This document shows positions 49,490-58,742 of a DNA stretch of 64,000 nt, piece by piece. The position numbers and the translations under genes were made by a program. The notes below the pieces were generated by a model, which searched no databases, was not told the origin of the DNA, and worked only from the letters and a program-made list of their open reading frames with translations. The DNA comes from an uncultured Bacilli bacterium (lineage in GTDB: Bacteria > Bacillota_I > Bacilli_A > RF39 > UBA660). The DNA lies in contig CALVKJ010000001.1 of assembly GCA_944332675.1 (NCBI GenBank), forward strand, positions 5,235 to 69,234, given 5' to 3'. Within the stretch, counting starts at the first letter, position 1. Every line of letters starts with the position of its first letter.

Positions 49490-50315
49490 TATTTTCTCTT
49501 CCTTTCATCATAATTAAATTATCTATAATCATTGCTACCGTCATTGGTCCTACTCCACCGGGATTGGGAGTAATAGCAGATGCAACCTTGAAAACACTAT
49601 CATAATCGACATCTCCAACTATGTGTCCATCAATGCGGGATACTCCAACATCGATAACTACAGCATTCTTTTTTACCATATCCTTCTTTATCAAATGAGG
49701 AACACCGGTAGCAGCAATTAAAATATCTGCATTTTTAGTAATACTAGCTAAATCTTTAGTCTTTGAGTGAGCAACCGTAACAGTAGCATTTTTACTTAAT
49801 AGCGCTAGACTTAATGGTTTACCTACAATATTACCGCGACCTACAATTACAGTATTAGCTCCAGCAATAGGAATATTGTAATATTCCAATAATTTTATAA
49901 TACCTTTGACGGTACAAGGCAAAATTGTATCTTTGCCTAAATATAGGTTATAAATATTAGATGCAGTAAAACCATCGACATCTTTACTCGATTTAATAAG
50001 ACCACTACATTTATCAAAATCTATAGAATTTGGTACTGGACTTTGTAAAATAATTCCTGTAATACTATCATCAGCATTTAATTTATTTATTAAAGTAATT
50101 AATTCATTTTCGGTAGTATTACTATCTAATAGATGTTTTTGTACTGTTATGCCTACAAACTCACAAGCTCGTTCTTTATTTCTTATGTAAATTTTACTAG
50201 CTTCATCATCACCCACTAGAATAATGGCTAGTTTTATTTTCAAATTATTACTAGCAATTTTTTGTTTCATTTCTGCGAGCAGTTCATCTCGCACTTTTTT
50301 GCCATCAAGGATCAA
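49482..50315 (-). CDS. folD: bifunctional methylene-THF dehydrogenase / methenyl-THF cyclohydrolase
   Basis: FolD motifs in the C-terminal half ([23 protein letters not shown]); 277 aa. Confidence 0.93.
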   Translation of the reverse strand: MILDGKKVRDELLAEMKQKIASNNLKIKLAIILVGDDEASKIYIRNKERACEFVGITVQKHLLDSNTTENELITLINKLNADDSITGIILQSPVPNSIDFDKCSGLIKSSKDVDGFTASNIYNLYLGKDTILPCTVKGIIKLLEYYNIPIAGANTVIVGRGNIVGKPLSLALLSKNATVTVAHSKTKDLASITKNADILIAATGVPHLIKKDMVKKNAVVIDVGVSRIDGHIVGDVDYDSVFKVASAITPNPGGVGPMTVAMIIDNLIMMKGRENNG

Positions 50316-51334
50316 AATAATCCCCCACTTTCAAATAAACTTCTATTATGATCTATTCCTAAATGCTCGTAAGATTTTTCACAAGCAACCCGACCACTAC
50401 GCGTTCTTTTAATAAATCCCTCTTGAAGTAAGAATGGCTCAACTACATCTTCGATGGTCGTAATTTCTTCTCCAATAGCGGTAGATATTGTTTCTACTCC
50501 AACTGGTCCACCATTGAATTTATTAATTAAAGCTTCAAGGTACTCAATATCTATGGAATCAAGACCATATTTATCAACATTAAGGCGATCTAGAGATTCA
50601 AGGGTAATATCCAAATCAATTTGCCCATCGCCTTTAACCAAAGCAAAATCTCTAACTCTTTTAAATAAACGATTAGCAATTCTTGGAGTTTTACGACTTC
50701 TTTTAGCTAGTTCTACTGCAGCATCATCAGTAATATTCATACTTAGAACTCGGCTGGTACGTTTTACTATATCAGCTAGTTCTTGATCAGAATAATATTC
50801 TAACTTATTCACAATACCAAAGCGGTCCCGAAGAGGTCCTGATAAATCTCCAGCTCTAGTTGTTGCTCCAACTAAAGTAAACGGTGGCAAATCGATTTTA
50901 ACACTCCGACTTTTTCCTTCAGTACCAATTACTATATTAATTGTAAAGTCTTCCATTGCTGAATAAAGAATTTCTTCAATAAACGATGGAATTCGATGTA
51001 TTTCATCGATAAATAAAACATCACCTGGATCGAGAGTTGATAAAATTGCGGCTAGATCACCACTTTTTTCAATAGATGGACCTGTGGCAGTTTTAATATT
51101 GCTGCCCATTTCATTAGCAATTATATGGGCAAGTGTTGTCTTTCCTAATCCAGGAGGCCCATACAAAAGCACGTGATCGAGGGGTTCATCACGCATCTTG
51201 GCGGCTTCGATAAAAATTCGTAAATTTTCTTTTATTTTTTCTTGGCCAACATATTCATCTAATGTTTCTGGACGAATATTTTTATCAAATATATCTTCTG
51301 GTCTTAAATCACTTTCAATAATCCGATCTTCCAC
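50312..51334 (-). CDS. ruvB: Holliday junction branch-migration helicase RuvB
   Basis: Walker [10 protein letters not shown], sensor motifs, C-terminal winged helix; 340 aa. Confidence 0.97.
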   Translation of the reverse strand: MEDRIIESDLRPEDIFDKNIRPETLDEYVGQEKIKENLRIFIEAAKMRDEPLDHVLLYGPPGLGKTTLAHIIANEMGSNIKTATGPSIEKSGDLAAILSTLDPGDVLFIDEIHRIPSFIEEILYSAMEDFTINIVIGTEGKSRSVKIDLPPFTLVGATTRAGDLSGPLRDRFGIVNKLEYYSDQELADIVKRTSRVLSMNITDDAAVELAKRSRKTPRIANRLFKRVRDFALVKGDGQIDLDITLESLDRLNVDKYGLDSIDIEYLEALINKFNGGPVGVETISTAIGEEITTIEDVVEPFLLQEGFIKRTRSGRVACEKSYEHLGIDHNRSLFESGGLF

Positions 51335-51382
51335 TTAGCTTACCTCCTTATCAACCATTATACACCACAACTTAAGTATTTT

Positions 51383-51901
51383 CTACTTTAAACTTATTTG
51401 AAACCAACTACGAATGCTTTCGTGTTTACTTTCTTCGGGCTTATTTAAAAATCTAATAGTGCGAATGCTTGCATTTTTTTCCTTTATTTCATCTAATACG
51501 CTTTCCTTATCATCAATAAAAACATCAATTTTTAATTTTTTACAAGCATCGCCCTTTCTTTCTTGTTTAAATATAATATCATCATAAGGTATATTATTGT
51601 TTTTTAAAAAATCTAAGGTAATAGGAATTAAAAAATCCATTCTTTTAGAGCCTCTGGCAGTTATAATATATATTTTTTTGCCCTCATCTTTAAAACGATT
51701 TAATACTTCTAATACACCATCTTTTAAAATCATATACTTTTGAATTTCAGGTGTGTGCCTTTTGCAAAATTTCGTAAAATCATTTTTATTTAATTCGTGA
51801 TAATCAGAAATATTTAAATCTTTATAATCACTATGTAAAATAGCATTGGCTAGTTTAGTTGTTTCTGTTATAGTGTCATCTATATCTATTCCAATATTCA
51901 A
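51383..51901 (-). CDS. HAD-like hydrolase / putative 5'(3')-nucleotidase
   Basis: N-terminal DxD (IGIDIDDT) HAD motif I and a later DD motif; 172 aa. Confidence 0.5.
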   Translation of the reverse strand: MNIGIDIDDTITETTKLANAILHSDYKDLNISDYHELNKNDFTKFCKRHTPEIQKYMILKDGVLEVLNRFKDEGKKIYIITARGSKRMDFLIPITLDFLKNNNIPYDDIIFKQERKGDACKKLKIDVFIDDKESVLDEIKEKNASIRTIRFLNKPEESKHESIRSWFQISLK

Positions 51902-52018
51902 GGCTTACCTCCTATCTAAAAATATTTTATCACAGAAAAAAAGTTTTGAATATCCTAAATTTTAGGTTGTAGAAAATGCACTTTTAGTGTATAATTAATT
52001 TTAGAATAAAGGGTATGA

Positions 52019-53536
52019 GTGATACAGATGTTTCGAGATTTTGATTACGAAAATAAACCTGTTGTTGACATTGTAAATGAAATGATCATCGATGCCATTA
52101 ATAAAAGAGCATCCGACATTCACTTCGATCCAACAGAAAATGAACTTAATGTCCGCATTAGAATCGATGGGGAGCTTTTAGAATATGCAAAAGTACCTAA
52201 TTTCGTTAAAAAGAATCTCTTGACTCGTATTAAAATCATATCTGGTATGAATATTACTGAAACAAGACTTCCTCAAGATGGAGCAATAAAAAATTTAACG
52301 GATGTCAACAGTTTAGACCTCCGTGTTTCTAGCTTACCAATCGTCGATGGGGAAAAAATAGTTATTCGTATCCTTAATTATACAATGTCAACCGCTGGGT
52401 TAGAAAACCTTGGTTTATCTGATAAAAACTTAGATAAAATAAATAAATTAATTAAATCTCCGAACGGTATTATTCTAGTTGCTGGGGCTACTGGATCTGG
52501 TAAGTCTACTACTGTTTATGCAATGCTTCAAATACTTAATACTGTATCAAGAAACATTATTACTGTTGAAGACCCAGTCGAAATGAAGATTGCGGGAATT
52601 AACCAAGTTCAAGTTATGGCTGATATTGGTTTAACTTTCGGTAATACCTTAAGAAGTATATTGCGGCAAGACCCAGATGTTATAATGATCGGAGAAATTC
52701 GTGATGATGAAACGGCTCGTATTGCTGTTCGTGCATCTATTACCGGACACTTAGTACTTTCGACAATTCACACCAATAACTCTTTAAATACAATTGAAAG
52801 ATTACTAGATATGGAAGTTGAAAGATACTTACTCGGTAGTGCCCTAACAGGTATAATTTCTCAAAGACTTGTTAAAAGATTATGTCCAAAATGCCGTACT
52901 AGTAGACCAACTACTCCATATGAAAAAATATTATTTGAAAAAGTATTACACCAACAAGTAGATACAATTTATGCTCCTCAAGGTTGTAGTGAATGTATCA
53001 ATGGTTATACTGGCCGAGTTGCTCTACACGAAGTATTAATTATTACGCAAGAAATTCGTGATGCTATTACTAATAATATTCGTAAAAATGAATTAAGACA
53101 CTTAGTATACGACCGAAGTGATGTAACTAGCTTACTTAAAGATGGATTAGAAAAAGTTGTTGCTGGACTTACAAGTATTGATGAAATACTAAGAGTAATT
53201 GATGTCGATGATGATATTGGTGAAGACGAAGAAGATTTAAAAGCAGCATTTATGGGTAAAGTGCAAAATACTAATACAGAAACTATTGAAGAGGTACCTG
53301 CTGCTACTCAAACAGTTGACTCATTAGATGCTACAATTAATCCTAATTTAGCTATCGCAGAAGAACCAATGACACAAAATTTAAATGTTTCTCCTTTAAC
53401 ACAACAACCAATAGATAGCTTAAATGCAGAACCAACTATAACTTATGAACAACCTCAAACAAATATTGACAATCCAGTTATTACTCCACTACCACCAGAA
53501 CAAGCCAATGCCAGCTTAAATATTGAAACATTATAA
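52019..53536 (+). CDS. type II/IV secretion ATPase (GspE/PilB/ComGA family) with C-terminal low-complexity tail
   Basis: Walker A AGATGSGKST, Asp and His boxes, tetracysteine CPKC...CSEC; lacks the N-terminal GspE_N domain; C-terminal ~110 aa are T/N/P/Q/E-rich. Confidence 0.85.
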   Translation: MIQMFRDFDYENKPVVDIVNEMIIDAINKRASDIHFDPTENELNVRIRIDGELLEYAKVPNFVKKNLLTRIKIISGMNITETRLPQDGAIKNLTDVNSLDLRVSSLPIVDGEKIVIRILNYTMSTAGLENLGLSDKNLDKINKLIKSPNGIILVAGATGSGKSTTVYAMLQILNTVSRNIITVEDPVEMKIAGINQVQVMADIGLTFGNTLRSILRQDPDVIMIGEIRDDETARIAVRASITGHLVLSTIHTNNSLNTIERLLDMEVERYLLGSALTGIISQRLVKRLCPKCRTSRPTTPYEKILFEKVLHQQVDTIYAPQGCSECINGYTGRVALHEVLIITQEIRDAITNNIRKNELRHLVYDRSDVTSLLKDGLEKVVAGLTSIDEILRVIDVDDDIGEDEEDLKAAFMGKVQNTNTETIEEVPAATQTVDSLDATINPNLAIAEEPMTQNLNVSPLTQQPIDSLNAEPTITYEQPQTNIDNPVITPLPPEQANASLNIETL

Positions 53537-53631
53537 AACCATACAAAAAACAAGCATTTTGATAAAACATTTCAAATGCTTGTTTTTTACATATATGATA
53601 TTTATTTGATAACTTGCAACTTGAAAGATCA

Positions 53632-55158
53632 TCACACTACCAAAGTATATGGATCAGTACTTGTTCCTGTACCTTCAGAAAATTCTACACTAGATTCTAG
53701 ATAGAAGGACGGCCTGACCGCATACACAAGGTACACGTTGCCGAGGTAGTTCACGTAGCCTGTGTCGCTCACATTGAACGCAAGGAACGTATTGTCCGAA
53801 TAGCGGGAAATAGTCCATTCACCTGCTCCAATATGCATCCAGTTATTATTCCTATTTGTATCATTATCATAATCACTTAAATCTGTATTCCAGTTTTCTG
53901 GGCTTGCTGCATATCCATAATCACTTACATACATTAATCCTATTTTTGCTTCGTATGTTGTATTTGCTTTATTTGCTCCTACTTCATAATTATATGCTGT
54001 TTGCACTGGACTATTTAAATACATTGAACTTCCTCCTCCTACTTGCCATTCTGTTGTCGCTATCTTGTCGCTCCATTCACTTCCTATTGTTGTTAGATAT
54101 GTTCCGTTTAATACGCTTGTATTTAATGTACTACTACTCCATACATTACTTTGATTACTGCTTGATCCGCTCCAATAGTAATATGGGATACTGCTTAAGC
54201 TTCCTTTATAGTATGTTGAACTTGGAGTTCTACTACCTGCCGGGGCTGTTCCTAATACACTTTCTCCGGCATAATCGCTTTTTATCAATTTTACTTGTCC
54301 ATCAAACACTCCTATTATTCTATATAGGTTATCTGCTGGGCATGTTTCTTCGTCTGAACCAAAACATATGTAATTATTTGGATTTGCTCCACTATATCTG
54401 TAGCTATTATCTCCTGCTTCTAATGTTCCATATGTTCCTGTTCCATCATGGTAATATATTCCATTTTCTCCATCTGTTGTATATAAACTAGCTATATATT
54501 CTGCTGCATTTCCTAAATCTGTACTCATTGATTCTTCTTGAATTATCAAATTTGCACTAAATGTCTTTCCTGTATTTGCATTTTGATCCGCATCTAAGTT
54601 TGCAAATATTACTTCTACTGTCCATTCTTGAGTTACTGTTCCAGTTGATACTATTTCATAATTATTTGCTATTGTAATTACTCCTGTTGATGTTGTTATA
54701 TCAAATCCTGTTACTCCACCACTTGTCTTTCTTGTTAATCCTGTTATACTTGTTACTTCTGCTCCTGTTGGATCTGTTACTTTTAATAACAATTCTGCTT
54801 GATTATCACTTGTTGTATATTCAAAATTATTACTTTCTATATTTAAAAATATATAATAATTTCTCGTAGCATTATTTGTTGCATTATTTGCTGTTAATAT
54901 GGCTCTTGCAAAAGTTTCACCACTTTTATTTCCAGCACCTTGACCAAAGTCTTCTTGGTTTGCTGTTAAACTTATTGCACTTCCTGTTTGAAATGATAAG
55001 TTATCTGTTGTTGCAGTACCAGCATTAACACTAATATTTCCTGTAGTTCCTCCTTGAGCAGCAAAATATGCATATGTTGCTCCAACTACTGCTGTTATTA
55101 ATGTTACTACGCCAATTATAGATAACACTAATGCTTTCTTCTGATTTTGTTTTTCCAT
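53632..55158 (-). CDS. large secreted T/G/S/N-rich protein with a SipW-cognate-like signal peptide
   Basis: N-terminus KKALVLSIIGVVTLITAVVGATYAYFAAQ resembles the TasA/camelysin-type signal (GGTxAxF); C-terminal ~150 aa are homologous to the pilin-like gene at 39512-40408; SD AAGGAAGG. Confidence 0.6.
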   Translation of the reverse strand: MEKQNQKKALVLSIIGVVTLITAVVGATYAYFAAQGGTTGNISVNAGTATTDNLSFQTGSAISLTANQEDFGQGAGNKSGETFARAILTANNATNNATRNYYIFLNIESNNFEYTTSDNQAELLLKVTDPTGAEVTSITGLTRKTSGGVTGFDITTSTGVITIANNYEIVSTGTVTQEWTVEVIFANLDADQNANTGKTFSANLIIQEESMSTDLGNAAEYIASLYTTDGENGIYYHDGTGTYGTLEAGDNSYRYSGANPNNYICFGSDEETCPADNLYRIIGVFDGQVKLIKSDYAGESVLGTAPAGSRTPSSTYYKGSLSSIPYYYWSGSSSNQSNVWSSSTLNTSVLNGTYLTTIGSEWSDKIATTEWQVGGGSSMYLNSPVQTAYNYEVGANKANTTYEAKIGLMYVSDYGYAASPENWNTDLSDYDNDTNRNNNWMHIGAGEWTISRYSDNTFLAFNVSDTGYVNYLGNVYLVYAVRPSFYLESSVEFSEGTGTSTDPYTLVV

Positions 55159-55196
55159 AAAATTTCAATCCTTCCTTTTTGGTATACTCTAGTGCA

Positions 55197-55218
55197 AATT
55201 GACGTAAACCAAACCGTC
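55197..55218. promoter_or_regulatory. palindrome TTGACG-N10-CGTCAA in the 5' UTR of the 508-aa gene (operator-like)
   Basis: Perfect 6-bp inverted arms separated by 10 nt, ~40-60 nt upstream of the start codon. Confidence 0.4.
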
Positions 55219-55249
55219 AATTCTACTAAATATACCCTCTATATTTCTC

Positions 55250-55287
55250 ATACTACCAAAAAAAAAAAAAAAAAAAAAAAAAATCAA
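55250..55287 (-). promoter_or_regulatory. putative promoter whose -35/-10 spacer is a homopolymeric tract
   Basis: On the minus strand TTGATT (rc of 55282-55287), then T26 plus gg, then an extended -10 TGgTAGTAT (rc of 55250-55258); current spacer ~26 nt. Confidence 0.45.
55258..55283. repeat. uninterrupted poly(A)26 / poly(T)26 homopolymeric tract
   Basis: 26 consecutive A on the plus strand, upstream of the minus-strand surface-protein gene. Confidence 0.95.
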
Positions 55288-55480
55288 CCTTACGGTTGAA
55301 GATTTCAGATAATCAAATGCAACTTTACACATCTTTACTTTATTGCATTTTCAATTAACTATCTAAAAATATTTTTCTATTCTAACTCTTACAAACTTAA
55401 GAAATATTTAAATAAATGTCAATGTATATATTTTACTTAAAGTTTATTTTATGTAAAGCCTAAGAATTTAATTGCTCGGG

Positions 55481-55942
55481 TTAATCCTTTGATATGATAT
55501 GTTTAAAATTTTCATCCACAATTATATCTTTAATTAATGATGGTCTTATATTAAGATTTAGATAATCATCTTTTTTATACCACTGCATATGCATTAATGG
55601 ATTTTCTAAATTAATGAAATTGCCTTTTGCAAAATATTCTTCTTTAGCATCAATTAAATAGATAAATAAATATTCGTGAAACTTTGTGCCATCTTTAAAG
55701 GTAAAGAAATTTTCAATGATTCTTACAAGTTTAGCATCAGTAATATCCCAGTTGAGTTCTTCTTTTAACTCACGTAACACTGCAGTTTTGGAGTCTTCAC
55801 CATAATTTATTCTTCCTCCAGGGATACTATAATAATCTTTATCTTCCCTCTTACTAATTAAATAATAATCATTATATCTAATTATGGCAGCACTTCTTAC
55901 ATTGAACTTTTCATTATCACTTACTTTAAAACTTAAATCCAT
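55481..55942 (-). CDS. NUDIX hydrolase
   Basis: Nudix box GGRINYGEDSKTAVLRELKEELN. Confidence 0.8.
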   Translation of the reverse strand: MDLSFKVSDNEKFNVRSAAIIRYNDYYLISKREDKDYYSIPGGRINYGEDSKTAVLRELKEELNWDITDAKLVRIIENFFTFKDGTKFHEYLFIYLIDAKEEYFAKGNFINLENPLMHMQWYKKDDYLNLNIRPSLIKDIIVDENFKHIISKD

Positions 55943-56601
55943 TATATATGAAATCTCCTTTCTAATTCATTTTTTACTTGTCTTTTATTAAATACCGTCA
56001 AAAAGACTAGGATTATAACACTTATAATTACGGAAATGTAACTTGGCCAGGCAACGGTTACTTCATTTAATATTAGAAGAATACCAGGAACTAATCCAAT
56101 CATCGAATTAATCGTAGCATAAAAGATAAAGTCTTTAGCTAAGTTGGCTCTAAATATACGCATTAGTAAGATACAAATGGTATATATGCTACATAAAAAT
56201 GGTAAACAGAAATTAATACTCCAAAAGTTAAATCCGGTGAAATAATCCCAAAGAATAGATGAAACAATTATTAAGATCATTTCCGCAAATAACATTTTCA
56301 TAAAGTGCTTACGGCCCCGAAGTGCAGTAACTAGTGTTAGCCAGAAAGATAAGATTCCGGCAATGACAAATAACGACCAAGAAATTGTTCTACTGATTGT
56401 GAAGTTTAAAAATAAGCAAATAACTATGGCAATAATAGAACAAACTTTTAGAATATTAAGTAACAAATCGTGGTGTTTATAATTATAATGAAAATTAGGG
56501 AAAACATCATAACTATCCCCTTTTTCAATTGGGGTTTTACAAAGAGGACAAACAGAAGAGCTACTAGCAATAGAAACATTACATTTTAAACATTTACGCA
56601 T
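55942..56601 (-). CDS. membrane protein with N-terminal zinc ribbon
   Basis: CLKC...CPLC at the N-terminus, then 5-6 TM helices; overlapping start/stop with its neighbours. Confidence 0.5.
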   Translation of the reverse strand: MRKCLKCNVSIASSSSVCPLCKTPIEKGDSYDVFPNFHYNYKHHDLLLNILKVCSIIAIVICLFLNFTISRTISWSLFVIAGILSFWLTLVTALRGRKHFMKMLFAEMILIIVSSILWDYFTGFNFWSINFCLPFLCSIYTICILLMRIFRANLAKDFIFYATINSMIGLVPGILLILNEVTVAWPSYISVIISVIILVFLTVFNKRQVKNELERRFHI

Positions 56602-57838
56602 TATTATCCCCTCCTGTTTTATTGGTATTAATAACTATATCGATGCCTTCATTAGCAAGATAGCGAAAGAAATTTTTTTCGATTTCACTATTAACAAATT
56701 GTGAGGTAAAACTTAAAACTAAGTTATTCAAATAAGAACACATACATAACTGAATTGTCGAAGTACTAATAAAAACATCAAAATAATCGATATATTTTTG
56801 ATAAGCTTCAGGCATTTTAATTATACCAATATTTGATAAAGTCATTGTTTGATAATTATCCGTAAATTTATAAGCGTAACGTAAAACTAGATCTTTAATA
56901 AATATCGGTATTAAACGTAATATAAATATATCTTCTAATATGGCCATATTATTCATCTTGTTTTTGATGTTTTCTCCATCTAAATTTTTCTTAAATTCTT
57001 CTTTTACAACTGCAGCAATGGAAGAAATATCTTCACCATTATATTTATAGCTGATATTTACAGCATTAAAGAAATTACGAACCGTGTATGATGGATAAAA
57101 TTGTCGTAAATTTACAGGTACCGCAATAACTATCGGTTTACGACGATCCTTAATATCCATTGCTTCACCGATAGCTTTAATTAAAACACTAGTCAGATAT
57201 ACCGTCAAAGTTACATCATATTTTTTAGATAATTTTAGTAAATCTGCAACTGGTAGCATACCTTCAATAATTTTAAGGCGATTTTCTGCATATTTTTCAT
57301 CTTTAATTTGATATGCTAGTTTGCTACTAGAAATGGCTTTTCTTATCTTGCCAGTTTTATATTTTTTAAAAGAATCTAAACTACTTTCTTTGGTACTAGC
57401 AGTATTTATAACTTCAGTATTTTTAATATTATATTTAATATCTAAGTAATAAGCTACTAAACTTTTTAAAAACATAAGGGTTCCAGTTCCATCAGTTAAA
57501 GCGTGATTAACTTCTAAATTAATTCTTTTTTTAAAGTATGTTACCTCAAATAAAGCATTAGTATTAAACTCGCTGCAAGGACGATTATGTTCTTCAAAAA
57601 CTTGGGCTTTTATATTTGCTTCTTCTAAATAGTACCAGAAAAAACCTCTTTTTAAAATCGATTTAAATATTGGATATTCTTGCAAAGTTTTATCTAGAGC
57701 ACGCTCCAATATCTTTTTATCGACATTTTCTTTTAAACTTACACTAAAGCGAAATATTTTGGCATCATATTTATTTTTAGATGGCGGAAATATTTTCGCT
57801 GCATTATCTAATCTATACCATTTACTCAATGTTATCAC
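56594..57838 (-). CDS. condensation-domain-like (HxxxDG) acyltransferase
   Basis: Motif EVNHALTDGTG at the position expected for the HHxxxDG catalytic motif of the CAT/condensation/WS-DGAT superfamily; 414 aa. Confidence 0.5.
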   Translation of the reverse strand: MITLSKWYRLDNAAKIFPPSKNKYDAKIFRFSVSLKENVDKKILERALDKTLQEYPIFKSILKRGFFWYYLEEANIKAQVFEEHNRPCSEFNTNALFEVTYFKKRINLEVNHALTDGTGTLMFLKSLVAYYLDIKYNIKNTEVINTASTKESSLDSFKKYKTGKIRKAISSSKLAYQIKDEKYAENRLKIIEGMLPVADLLKLSKKYDVTLTVYLTSVLIKAIGEAMDIKDRRKPIVIAVPVNLRQFYPSYTVRNFFNAVNISYKYNGEDISSIAAVVKEEFKKNLDGENIKNKMNNMAILEDIFILRLIPIFIKDLVLRYAYKFTDNYQTMTLSNIGIIKMPEAYQKYIDYFDVFISTSTIQLCMCSYLNNLVLSFTSQFVNSEIEKNFFRYLANEGIDIVINTNKTGGDNNA

Positions 57839-58703
57839 CTATAAATCCTTTAATTAATTCTATGGTTTTTCTCGTATATTTTTTATCTAAAATATTGGTA
57901 AAAAAACCGTGGGGAGCATTTTCTAAGTCGTAATGTTTAACACTTACTAAATGCCTTTTTAACTTTTTAGCTAAATCAACACCTTCATCGTGCAAGGGAT
58001 CAAGAGTTCCTGTTACGATTAAAGTTTTAGGAAGTCCAAATAATTTTTTAGCTTTTAAAATATTTACGTATAAATCATTATATGCTTCCCTTTTAGGTAA
58101 ATACATAGCAAGATAATCTTCTAAATGGGCTCTAGTTAAGAAGCCTTTGCCACTATTAGTTATAACTGATTTATATTTAGTATTAACACTATAATCGGTT
58201 TGAGTTGCTGGATAAATTAGTATTATATTGCCAACTCTAAATGATCTTTCATATAAGCCTTTTAGACTAGTAGCAAAAGCTAGATTTGCTCCAGCAGAAT
58301 CCCCAATAATAGCTACGTCTTGCCAAGTGATTTTAAATTCAACAATATTATCCATAATATGAGTTATTACTTTATAGCAATCATTAAAACCAGCGGGATA
58401 TGGATATTCTGGTGCCAGGCGATAATCAATCGATATAACCTTACGATTTAAGGAGCTTGCTAGTTTATAGCAAATAGCACTATGAGTATCTAAATTACCA
58501 GAAACCCAACCACCACCGTGAATATAAATAATTAGTTTTTGAGCATTATTTGGGTCAAAAACTCGTAATTTTATGCCATCTAACACATAGTCGACATATT
58601 TTTCATTCTTGATTTTGGGATTGACTATATTTTGAATTGTCCGATACAACTTTATATTTTCTTTTATTGGAAACTTTTCTATTAAAAACAAAATAATCAC
58701 CAA
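57822..58703 (-). CDS. alpha/beta hydrolase, HSL-family esterase/lipase
   Basis: Oxyanion HGGGW, nucleophile elbow GDSAGANLA, C-terminal His; 293 aa. Confidence 0.8.
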   Translation of the reverse strand: MVIILFLIEKFPIKENIKLYRTIQNIVNPKIKNEKYVDYVLDGIKLRVFDPNNAQKLIIYIHGGGWVSGNLDTHSAICYKLASSLNRKVISIDYRLAPEYPYPAGFNDCYKVITHIMDNIVEFKITWQDVAIIGDSAGANLAFATSLKGLYERSFRVGNIILIYPATQTDYSVNTKYKSVITNSGKGFLTRAHLEDYLAMYLPKREAYNDLYVNILKAKKLFGLPKTLIVTGTLDPLHDEGVDLAKKLKRHLVSVKHYDLENAPHGFFTNILDKKYTRKTIELIKGFIGDNIE

Positions 58704-58742
58704 TAATAATATACCACGAAAAAAGCAGATTTTAAACCCGCT

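Noticed and set aside
53856-54491. 211-aa and 60-aa plus-strand ORFs (53856-54491, 54687-54869) rich in L/H/Y
   Set aside because: Shadow ORFs on the antisense strand of the 508-aa T/G/S-rich gene; low-complexity composition mirrors the sense codons; no RBS.
53632-55158. Diversity-generating retroelement (DGR) variable region as the explanation for the GC-rich patch
   Set aside because: No second near-identical template repeat and no reverse transcriptase gene anywhere in the 64 kb; the paralogous domain copy has no DNA-level similarity to the patch.
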